This document shows, one piece after another, positions 32,255-42,584 of a DNA stretch of 64,000 nt. The stretch covers positions 62,001 to 126,000 of the forward strand of contig CDRNVI010000055.1 of NCBI GenBank assembly GCA_977017575.1. Reading direction: 5' to 3'. Source of the stretch: Paramoeba atlantica. Lineage: Eukaryota > Protista > Discosea. The translations under genes and the position numbers were made by a program. How positions within the stretch are numbered: position 1 is the first letter of the stretch; the number at the start of each line of letters is the position of its first letter. The notes under the pieces are model-generated. The model was not told the DNA's origin, made no database searches, and saw nothing but the letters and a program-made list of their open reading frames with translations.

Positions 32255-33478
32255 TTATTTAGTTTTTGATCCATGCTGTGGTTTCTTGGGAACATATCCC
32301 ACATCGTATATGTGTTCTTTGAGCCAATCCCTCCGTTCATCAATCGGTTTGACTAAACCACACCCTTTGCTACACCAACAAAAAGATGAGTCATCGATAT
32401 TTTGTAAGTGTACATTTATTTCACTATCAAAGTCGTATTGGGGTTCTGATGCAAGCAAACCATACACTGCAACAGATACAATCTGAACGGCATCCTTTAC
32501 CCACGTAATATCGTGGTCCGTTCCATGAAAAAAACGAAATTTATCGAAATGAGCGAAACAACGCTCGATTCTTGAACGAATCCAAGAATGCATGCGGTTG
32601 AACCGATCCTGGTGTTCATCAAGGCAACCTTTGCGTGGTGCTTTGAATTGAACAAATCAGTGGTTGCAACCCACGTATCTTAGATCCGCCAAAAACATTT
32701 CATCTTCATGATGGTCAAAAAGAAATGTTCCGTGCGTGGTTCTTTCTTTATAAATTTTCGCATCATGTACACTGTCCGGAACGGGTCCGCGAAAAAAAAT
32801 AGGGACTCCGGCAAGCGTAAGCCAGAACACCACTTTAAAACAGTGTTCCCTGTGCTTACCGGAGTAGGTCGCATCTTTTTTTCTCATTTCTTGAGAGGCT
32901 TCGTCCCATACGTCCCGCGGTTTCCTTGCACGACATGGGATTGTCGTGACGTCCATCATACATGTCACGTCAGATATCCAAGATACCCCATGTTTGAAAC
33001 GAAGTTTCGGATTCATTAAAGCAGGAGAGCGGCAAAGATCAGCGATGCGGCTAAAGTCATCGCGGAGAGTCCTGATGGATAGACATGGGATTGTCGTGAC
33101 GTCCATCATACATGTCACGTCAGATATCCAAGATACCCCATGCTTGAAACGAAGTTTCGGATTCATTAAAGCAGGAGAGCGGCAAAGATCAGCGATGCGG
33201 CTAAAGTCATCGCGGAGAGTCCTGATGGATAGAGGAGGAGTTTCGGGAGCAATCCACATGGGCTGTAAATCATACAGTTGCTCCCATGTGCAGTTCAAAG
33301 CGCACATAGCTAAGGAAGAGCTAAGGCGTCTGAGATCAGTGTCCGTGGCGACAAGAGGACTTGCTCTCTGCAGCTCAAGAAAAAAATCTGTGAGTTGCTC
33401 TCTGGTAATGCCGTACATGATAGAATTGCAGGATAAAATATCGCCTAGAGAGAAAACAAAAAGTAAGATGACATTCAT
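32255..33478 (-). pseudogene. DDE_Tnp_4 (Harbinger/IS5-like) transposase with one in-frame TGA and a 150-bp tandem duplication
   Basis: MDVTTIP, YSGKH, GPVPDSVHD, ADLRY, RSRIERCF. Track ORFs 32657-33478 and 32255-32593 are in the same frame; duplication spans 32932-33233. Confidence 0.85.
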
Positions 33479-33538
33479 GGGTAAGATACCTAACTTATTC
33501 GTGATACAAGATGCATGATATCTAAAAAAAGAATGATA

Positions 33539-34471
33539 AACCCCTCCGCATCAAAAAGGCACCCACCCTTATTTTTCGCACGAGGGGGGCTAGGGGGGTT
33601 ATCGCACCACTTTATCGTGCAAAATTTTGAGATCTGTACGTTCCCGTTGTCTTTAGGTCATTTCGAAAAATATAAAAAAGTTGAATGTATTTTTTTTAAA
33701 AAATCACTTTTCATGCCAAAAAATACGTATTGACTCCCCAGGGGTGGTCTTACAGAAAGTGGAAAAGTGTTATGGCGCATGAGGCTTGGTCACGGGGTTG
33801 CGATAAGGTAACTAACCCGCGGGTTTAATGTCAATGTGAAACATATTGGAAAATATTTGAAAAACAATTCGCCTGAAATTCTTTACACTCTGAGCCCTGA
33901 AGTAAAAAAAGAATCCAAAGACACTTTGTTATTCTTCCATCCAACTGAATTACATGTGTTTCGTATATTAAAACATTAAAAAAAGTATCATTCACCCCAA
34001 ACTGTATTTTTCAGCAAGATGGGGCAACACCTCACACTGCGAAGGAAACAAAAGCGTACCTTGATGACAACAAAATGAAATTTTTGAAAAATTGGCCGCC
34101 CAACTCCCCCGATCTCTCACCAATAGAAAACGTGTGGAGCATGGTACAAAGTCTTGTAGATGAATACAATCCGGCAAATAAAGAAGATCTCATAAAAAGC
34201 GTACGTAAAGCTTGGCGTAAATTGTCTCAAGATTATATTTATGATTGGGTTTTGAGCTTAGATGCTCGCCTCAAAGCTTGTGTGGCGAGTAACGGAGAAA
34301 AGGTGACAAAATGGTAATCTTTCTCTAAAATATACGTATTCGTTTCTTTTTGTTTCATTTCTTCACGCGCAAAGTCTTTATGTTGAGATCTGCAAAATGC
34401 AACAAAAATCAGCCCAAACGGAGATTTGGCTGAAAAGTTAAGGGTGGGTGCCTTATTGGTACGGAGGGGTT
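33539..34471 (+). mobile_element. Internally deleted Tc1/IS630 element
   Basis: TIR AACCCCTCCG...AAGGCACCCACCCTT, TA on both sides; remnants FQQDGA and WPPNSPDLSPIENVW...GEKVTKW. Confidence 0.9.
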
Positions 34472-34590
34472 TATATTAAGGTTAGCACTTCAAACTTCAA
34501 AAAAAACGAGCTTATCACTTCTCTTGAATTACAACTCTTTTTCTCTTACGTACGCTTTGTGGGGGAAACGTTCGCTTCTGCGAGGGAAAA

Positions 34591-35256
34591 CTAAAGGGAA
34601 GGAAAGCGCATCACGCGAGAGGAACGTGGCTTCAAAGAGGCTTCCCCAAGCGAAGGTTGAGGGAGCGAGGAAGGTTGAGTGCGCAAGTTGGGTGAAGAGA
34701 TCACCGTACAAGAAAGGGATTCCTCTGCTACGTTTTCTTTACCCTGGCCACTCTTCTGTTTGCGCCACAGAGTGCATGATCTGGAACGCTTTCCTGAAAC
34801 AGAACGCCACACGTTCTCCACAAACTCCTCCACAGCTCCTCCATGAGGAGGGGCGTAGAGAGGGTTCTGTTCCAAGAAAGCTTCCAGATCACGCGTCGCC
34901 TCTGCAAGGAAGTAGACCCCTCGTGGCAGACAATCCAAGAGAAGGTGTCCTCGGCGCTCCACAAGGTGGAAGATGACACGCTGCAGCACTTGGGAGCTAA
35001 CCTCCACGCCAAACACAGAGCGTGTGGCATGTAAGTAGCTGTCCATCGTGCGCGATACGCGCCTCATGCATTCTTCCACCTTGGCTCCCAACTCCTCCTC
35101 AGTGATAACGAGCGCTGGGGGGGCGAAAGGAGTTTTGCGCTTCGTGAAGGTGCGCATAAGCGATGCGACAATGACGTCGTATACGTCATCATCCCTCGCA
35201 GATGTTACCTTCATACGTGAAGTGAAATCTTCGTTGCTCTCAACAGGGCTCATCAT
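34591..35256 (-). CDS. Accessory ORF of the PHIS-like element, function unknown (221 aa)
   Basis: N-terminus ESN....R.....D.V[Y/F]DVI.AS..R.FTKR recurs in fragments starting at 29849 and 59129; the 59129 copy is likewise upstream-bounded by the same TIR. Confidence 0.65.
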   Translation of the reverse strand: MMSPVESNEDFTSRMKVTSARDDDVYDVIVASLMRTFTKRKTPFAPPALVITEEELGAKVEECMRRVSRTMDSYLHATRSVFGVEVSSQVLQRVIFHLVERRGHLLLDCLPRGVYFLAEATRDLEAFLEQNPLYAPPHGGAVEEFVENVWRSVSGKRSRSCTLWRKQKSGQGKENVAEESLSCTVISSPNLRTQPSSLPQPSLGEASLKPRSSRVMRFPSL

Positions 35257-35906
35257 ATAAAAAGGAGGATAATGTAAAAGAATTATGCATGTATTGTGGA
35301 GGGTATATTAATTGTACATTTGATTTGTGTAATGCATACACCGTTCGGATACAGCACCGTATACAGCGTACACCGTATTTTCACAGTAGGGCGGCTATGT
35401 ACGGTAACAAACTAAAAAAACTACACTTTAAGCTACTTTGTACGTGTACAATCCATTTTTTTTCGACCTCAAATGCAAAGCGCGGGTTCGGTGCGGGTTC
35501 GGTGATGCACACCCGCAGCCCCTCATATATATTATATGGAGGGGATAACGAGCTCCGACTCCTATTTTCCAATTTTGACCGTAGAACTCCACGCAAAACC
35601 ATTAGCCTAAAGGCAGAGCAGAAAAACAATTGAAGTTTCGCTCCTAATTTTATAAATTTTTCATTTTGTTTAGAAAAGCGACAGATAACTAGGGGGGGTG
35701 GTCGACGAAAAAAAATATTCGAAGGGCCGAAAAGCGACAGATAACTAGGGGGGGGGGGTGACAGATAACTAGGGGGGGTACAGTACTAAGTATTACTAGG
35801 ATATACATAAATAATTTATGGTAAATAACTTATGGTATACTGGGGTATAAATTCAAACTTTTTTATTAGCCAAACGGGATAAAGTAAATCCAACCAAAAA
35901 CATTTA

Positions 35907-37555
35907 ACCCCCCCCCCCACGGTTATTGTTCACAATTTTTATTGCGAGTTTTGTGAACAATAACCGTCATTGTGAATAAGTCGCGTAATTTCCACGTATT
36001 GTTCACATTTTTTAAACTGGAAATGTTTTCCTTTGTAACACGAGGCAAAATCCGTGTCAATCCACTGAAGCCAAGATGTGCAGCTAGAAGGAATTATGCA
36101 GGGGAAGCAACCGAATGTCACGCATAGCGTCTAAGCTGTTTTCCGTCATGTGAACTTTACACGAGTCAAAAATTGCAACTCCATTACTCATTTTATTGCG
36201 CTCAAGGACACGCTTCAGATCGGGCAAGAATGTTCGCTGATAAAAAACGGATGTTACAACACCCTTGGGGGTCCAAGCTCTTTTTGTTCGGGAATCATAG
36301 GCTTCGTTTCTTACAGATGAACGTTTTGGGGAACCTTTCAAAACTATAATAATAGGAAGACGAAATACAGTAAAAGTTTCCAAGATCACACCCGCACCAG
36401 TCAAAAGAGTACCAATTATCTTGAAGTCATTTGGGTCGAGGTTCACACGAACATCGTGATCCCCCGCCTCTGTTATCGTACGAACGCTTCCCATTTTACC
36501 AGAGAGCGTAATTGGAATTTCATCGAAATTGGGGACAAAGGAACAAAGTCTGGTTTTTAGACACCGGTAAAGGTGACAATGTATTTGTTGCGCTTTACGA
36601 GCAACCGTTTCAGGAGTTAAAGAAGACTGTCGCTTGACGTACTTGAGTCGTAAATGGAACCTTTTTAGAAACTTCAAGATGTAGGAGTACGACACAGTGG
36701 TTTTGTTCCCGCAAAGAAAACGCATATCAGGATCTTGCAGGGCTCTTATTGCTTCCTCATGAACCATAGCGGGGCTTACAAACTCTCCAGAAGCGCGCTT
36801 CGCCTCTACAAAGGACTTAAATGAATTTTCAAAGGCGCAGTACGACATTTTTCCAGCGGAGGTATTTTTCGCAAGCCCTTCTGAGTGCGCACTTCTGACA
36901 GAGAACTTTCCCAACGCGCAATTTGCTCCTTTCGATGAACAGAATATAGACCCTTCCACTTAATTCGAACCCATGCTTGTAGCCTGGCTATGGATTTTCT
37001 GTCCTCCTGATCCAGGTCGTTCCACTTTCGTACGATTTTACCTTTGACCTTGTTTGGAACGTCCCGTCTAACAAAGCTTCGTGTATCGGTGCCTCTTAAC
37101 AATATTCGACTTCCCCGCACTTGCTTTTGTGCAGGAGTTGGAATGGGGGACATATTAAGAGCAGCTTCTGGTTCCGAGGATCCTGCAGAACTATCTTCTG
37201 TCTCAGTTTCATTGGAGTCATCTGTTCGAGAAGATTCGCTTGCTTCTGTTTCAGAGGAATTTTCCTCAGATCTTGCTTCGTTGAGTGTCGCATCACTTGT
37301 GCTAATATTGGAAGAATCATCATCTGACAACGCGTCCGCTGAAACAGAGCTTGCTTCACCGTCGCTCGGAACAACACAATATGTTATTTCCCTTGAAGTT
37401 TCCCGATGAAATTCCTTCTGCAATTCAAAAAGATTCTGCAAATCAAGACGGTGATCCCCCAAGGTCATTTCAAAAAATTGTGAACAATAAAGAATGTGAA
37501 CAATAAGTGTCTTTGTGAACGATAAAAAATGTGAACAATAACCGTCGGGGGGGTT
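35907..37555 (-). mobile_element. pogo/Tigger-like transposon with frameshifted transposase
   Basis: TIR A(C)nACGGTTATTGTTCACA; CENP-B-like HTH region (YILKFLKRF), NFDE, P.IIVLKG, IFDSCKVH, IIPSSCTSWLQWID spread over three frames. Confidence 0.8.
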
Positions 37556-38352
37556 TAGTTTACAATTCCAATTTAGTATCTTAGTTGCAGACACTCTGAT
37601 GGCTACATTTCAAGAACTTCAGAGGAAGAGTAAGTATACCATATTTCTTCAAGAAATGGATATCCAGTACGCACACCGAATGGTCTCGATTTGTTAAGTA
37701 AATCGAAGTCCTGAGCAATTGTCTGTCCCGTAATCTCACTGTAGGAATAATCGACTTCTGCGCTAGGAGACTTCTTCCCCAAAGATACAGCAGCTTGACT
37801 CCTTCGCCGTACTTCGCCGTCAGTATCCAGATTCACCTTTCTATTCCGTTGTTGTCTCGTGGAGGACATGAAAACTAATAACTCAATTTACTGTAATATC
37901 TTATTGCATTACCAAATAAATATAGCAGACAAAGAAATACGATACCTGATCCGATTTCAAAGAAATTTACTCTGACTATAACAAAATTACGGCTACAGAC
38001 TACTTATATTGTACCCTACTTTTATAAGTTTTACTCTTTATACCACCTTTTTACTCTTTTTCGTTTATTCGGTACACGAGCACATACGGGACAAAAATAC
38101 GTAGGATAGATATACAGAACCAAAAAAAATATTACCGTAGAAAAAAAGCGCGACAAAATACAAAAAAAAAATGAAAAAAAATGAATATTTTTTTTTGGGT
38201 ACAATGTAAGTTCCCATTTTCCTAAAAAACATTTGGAATAGCTTTGTGGGAGATTTGAATCGAAGGCGTGTGACGATTCGGTCCGATCTACAGTCTAGAA
38301 TCATGAAGAAGCTATCAGGGCATGAAGAGAAGTTTCGTGTACCGTTGACTTA

Positions 38353-38410
38353 CTGTGACCCCCCCTTTTAATATGCACACGTTTTTGGGGTTTGTGCATA
38401 TTAAGGGGGG
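38353..38410 (+). repeat. TA|CTGTGACC terminus with an adjacent long hairpin; paralog at 45867-45920
   Basis: TAATATGCAC/GTGCATATTA versus TAATACGGAC/GTTCGTATTA arms flanked by C-run and G-run. Confidence 0.55.
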
Positions 38411-39336
38411 GCATAAGAGGGGGGAGAACCCGTCCCCCTCCCGATAAAAATTGCGCTTTTATTTCCTGTGCGTTTTTCGGTGGAATTAACCCAATATTGC
38501 ACAATTTTTTTTCCTTCTTTTTTTTAACACTTTTCCAATTTTTACTTCTTCGCCGCCATCCATGAAAGAATCAAAGATTCGCATGGAGGATCAATTTCCT
38601 TCGTGAAGAGGGCATTGGATTGCGACGACTACGAGCGCATCCGTAAGAGCAAAGATTTGGGAAGTTTTTCGAACTTACGTGGAGGTGAGGCGCATACTGT
38701 ACACCCCTGTATTAGGGGGGGAAGCTTGATCACGAAAGCGATATCTGGCCAAACGTTTACATCGCACAGCGTATTGGGCAAGTTCTTCGAAATATTTTTT
38801 GTTTCCATGTTAAAGGGGGTGCTACATTTAGCAGAGATGATGGCCCGGGAGGGGGGCGGGGTTGTTCGTGTGTGCCAGCATTAAAAATGTTAAGAACGTG
38901 TACATATTAAATATTAAAATATTTACTGTGCAGTAGTATTTACTGTTGCGGATTACAGGAACTCCTTAATTCACATCGTACGGTACAGGCTTCTATCATC
39001 ACGTTATCCAAGGTTCCCAACTACAAAAAGTGGTACGGTAATACATTTTGCAGCCTGTGCAAAGAAAAATGATAGAGAGGAGTCGTGTAAATAGCAAAAA
39101 TATGATGCTTAATCCCTCACTTGGAAAATACTGAAATTTTGTCTGCGCTACCACCGTGGAAAAAAATCGCGTTTTTTGTGGGCAAAGACCCAGACAATGT
39201 GGAACGATTACAGGGGGGAAATTAAGTTATGTCAGCAAAAGTCGTGCTAATTTCTGGGATTAACACGATTTATGTTGACTCTTAGGCCGGATGATGGGAC
39301 TTAGCGATCCCAGCTTCCCGATCTAACTCACCCAGC

Positions 39337-40045
39337 GTACCTTGTTGAATTCAACAATATATTTAACTTCTCAGTCCCCCATGGCCCCTTCACCCCATCC
39401 AGCAAAGGAAGAATACCGCCTGGTGTGTCCGCTGCCCTCTTCGCCCCATTCCCCCCCATCACCACCTTGTTTAGCACCCCAGCGCCCTTCATCCCACAGC
39501 GCCGCCCCCTTCGCCGTCCCCCTCACCCCCTTTCGTCACCCCTTCATCCCCCCCTCCTCGCCCCCTTCGCCGGCCCGTATCGTCCCCCCCGATTTATCCC
39601 CTCTTCGCCGCCCCCTTCATTCGCTTCCGCTACACGTTTGCCCTTCTTTGCTGCCCTCTTCGCCGCCCCTCAATGCCGCGCTTCTCCCCACGCTCCCCGC
39701 CGCTGCCTCTCCCCCCCCTCCTGCTCTGACTTCGTCGCCCCCCCTTTCGCCCCCCCTCCCCGCTCACTGATCTGCGCATCCTACGCCGCCTCGCTCACCA
39801 CCAGCGCCGCCCTCCTGGCTCCCCTCCTGCGCAATCTTCTTCACCCCTTCGCCCCCTGCCTGGCCACCCTGTCCGCGCCCCCCTGCGCCCTGCACCGCCT
39901 TTGCATCCGGCGTCCTCTTCGTCCCCCTTCGCCGCCCCTTTCGCCGTCCCCCTTCGCCGCCCCACTCGCTGTCCCCCTACACCCCCTTCGCCGAAGAATG
40001 GCGCCGCCCGGTACCGAATATAACAAGGTACAAAAAAACTAGGGT
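39337..40045 (+). repeat. C-rich low-complexity repeat family, copy A (copy B about 52670-53334 and copy C about 48324-48800, both inverted)
   Basis: Shared end CCGGTACCGAA.ATAACAAGGTACAAAAAAACTAGGG in A and B; degenerate equivalent in C. Confidence 0.7.
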
Positions 40046-40608
40046 GTGCGCCATTCATGCCAAACTTTGGAGTCGTTTTTTCTTCTTCCTTTGTGCGGCT
40101 TGCAACTAGCCCATGATAACGGGGCTACAGTGTTAATTCGGAAAGATACGAGCTCGTTGAAGCCGAGGTTTAGCCCTTTGAAGCTGAGGAGCCAGTCCGC
40201 TCAAGGGTATAACACCCTGGATGACTTGGTCCGTTGAAGCTGAGGAGTCTAAATCGTTGAAGCTGAGGAGTCTAAATCGTTGAAGCTGAGACTCGAGACT
40301 CTCGAACTATGCCAGCAAGCCGTTTTCGAGCTAATTTCTCCTTTGGGAGACGTGGGGCGTTCGGAATGAATCAGGGATAGCACCCGATTCGCCGAATAGC
40401 GAGGGCATAGCTCTCCACGTGCCCGGGGGAGGCGACACTAGGACCTGCGGAACACTCGTATGTAATCGTATGATTACAATGTGAAGTCCTAGCCCGAAAG
40501 GGTTAGGATTGTTCAGCGGCCAAGGTGGGTTAAAACCCACCTTTGAGTGGCGACCTTCCCCCAAGCTACCTCGGCTTACTCCGGGGAGGCAACACCCCTT
40601 TACGGGAT
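40046..40608 (+). ncRNA. Putative structured RNA module, copy A (unknown class)
   Basis: Many hairpins with GAAA and cUU(C/U)Gg loops; differences from copy B are mostly compensatory or G-U preserving on this strand. Confidence 0.55.
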
Positions 40609-41790
40609 AAAAAGCCTTATAAACCATCTATCATCTTGATTTACCATCTACCATGTTCACTTTTTTCCCAAGCTTTGCCAATTCTTACTGTTCCTTAAAA
40701 AACACGCCCATTGAAGAAAAGTTTCATTTAGTCACTCATTTCACAAAGAAAATTGTAAACTTCAAATGCAGTAAAATATTTATTAGAGCACGGACCCATT
40801 TACAAAAGATTCCGAAAAATATATTATAATTTACAAAAGACAATTACCAATCAATCGAGTGACATTTTGTAGCGGAACTCGCGCTCTTTAGCCGCTCGGA
40901 CTATCAAAGGTGACCGTTTTAAGAGTGTTGCATTTCTAGAAATTTTCTTCAGGTTTTCAATTTCTGGGTGAGATATTTTCTTACTTTTTTTCGTCGCTTT
41001 CTTTATGTTCTGACGTGGGACTTCAATCGGAAGCATCACCAAACCATTGCTATCTAGTGAGATAAGTATTTTGATAAAAAGGAAACTGAGTGAAACGTAC
41101 CATGAACCCTCTCCCATTCGCGAGAAGCTTTGCTCGGACCCAAGCTTTTCGCCATTTGTGTGATCATGACCTTTTCCTCTAGGGAAGAAGGTTACTGCTT
41201 TGGGGTCTCTATGGAAATTAGGTCGCGCAAGACCTTCGCTTCAAGCGGGGTGAGCAAATATGCATCCATTTTTTAAAAAAAAGAACAAAATCTATTTTTT
41301 AACATACTTTCGTAACGCACTTTTGTTCCTCACAACCTTTTTCGCATTAACACGACTTTTGTTGACACAACTTTTGTTGCCTCGACTTTTGTTGCGATAA
41401 CGTTTTTTCCCTCCTGTATCTGGAAGAAATATTCTCCTCACACGACAGCGATAGCGCAATATTCATGGTCTTCACCAGCTCACAGAAACTTGCGAGAGAG
41501 AGAGAATACACTTTTTTAGCGAAAGCTATAGATTGCTTGGGGCAATCTGCAATTGTCTGCTTGTGGGATCAGGCGTGCGATGTGGGACTACGAACCTCGT
41601 CGAAAGCCTGTTATCGATGAATTAAAAAGAAAAGCAGGCACGGTAACTTTATCGAAACTTGAACAACAAGAAAAAGAGTTCAGCGAATTTGCTGTCGAAA
41701 GTTCTCTGGTGGAGAATACTATGCGTCCGGAGGGAGCAACTACAAATGCCTCGTGGAAATCGCTTTCTGGTGCTCCAAAATATAAAAAAT

Positions 41791-41878
41791 GGGGGGTCCA
41801 GGGGGTTCCTGGGGGGGGGTCCAGGGGGGGGGTCCAGGGGGGGTCCAGGGGGGGGGTCCAGGGGGGGTCCAGGGGGGG
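41791..41878 (+). repeat. (G5-9 TCCA)n array; second array at 48850-48899
   Basis: Direct reading; multiple runs of at least 5 G. Confidence 0.9.
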
Positions 41879-42584
41879 AACATACGCTCTTACCCCATGG
41901 ATAAGGTGGCAAAGTTTGTTGTTGTAACGGATTGCTTGCCGGCGAAAACCTCAGCAATCAACGGATACAGCGGTTCTTTGGAAGCGTGTAATATAATTAA
42001 CCGAATTTGGAATCTGAAGACGCTATATGGTTTTTCGCTCTCTCAGGTGGATACCTGGAGATCAAAATGCAGCAAATCCTCCGTCAATGCAGAAACTCTT
42101 GGAGGACATTCGAAATAGGAAAACATGTGAGATTTTTGTAAACTGTATCTCCCTTATGGCATGGGAAGATAGCCACACATAACGAGGTGAAGATGCCGTT
42201 TTTCCTGTGAAACTTCCCCACCTGTACTATTGGTATCTCCCTCGTCCGCTTTAGCCTGGATTTCGAAGATGATAATTTCATATTTTTGCATGAATATGAT
42301 GCCACAAAAAATGAATGAAAGAAAATGAAATTAAAAAAAATGCCGCTTCGAGGCAGGATGCATTCTCTTCGAAAGCAACGCTAATAGGGAGGGTACCGGG
42401 GCAACGCTAGGATAGGGGGGATACATTATACATACTGTATTGTATGTACGAAAATTCAATAAATCACTTTACAGAAATGAATTGGTCTCTTGTAAATCGC
42501 TTTTGCCCGAATCACATGACTCATAGCTGGATAAACTGAAGGGAGAAGAGCAATCCAAAAAAAATCAAACTACTTACTGTACAC

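Larger units (their letters stand above)
31971..35524 (-). mobile_element. PIF/Harbinger-superfamily (PHIS, possibly ISL2EU-like) two-ORF transposon
   Basis: Perfect 14-bp TIR GAGGGGCTGCGGGT in ATAT context (AT or TA duplication ambiguous); CGGGTTCGG[C/T]G subterminal repeats; DDE_Tnp_4-like transposase inside. Confidence 0.8.
31910..35783. mobile_element. TA-flanked TIR element (outer shell of the nest)
   Basis: TA|CTGTAC[A/C]CCCCCTAGTTATCTGTC inverted termini; GACAGATAACTAGGGGGG occurs three times at the right end. Confidence 0.75.

Noticed and set aside
35903-35910. piggyBac assignment from TTAA|CCC at the left end of the 35907 element
   Set aside because: The right end reads GGG-TTTA and the encoded protein has pogo/DDE_1 motifs.
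40180-40290. TTGAAGCYGAG repeats as a CRISPR-like array
   Set aside because: Spacing is irregular, two spacers are identical (23-bp tandem duplication), there are no cas genes and the context is eukaryotic.
40550-40610. HDV-like ribozyme (L3-like TACCTCG); also tested at 48255-48330
   Set aside because: Could not build P1 with a G1 wobble, P2, or the J4/2 C-N-A-A motif.
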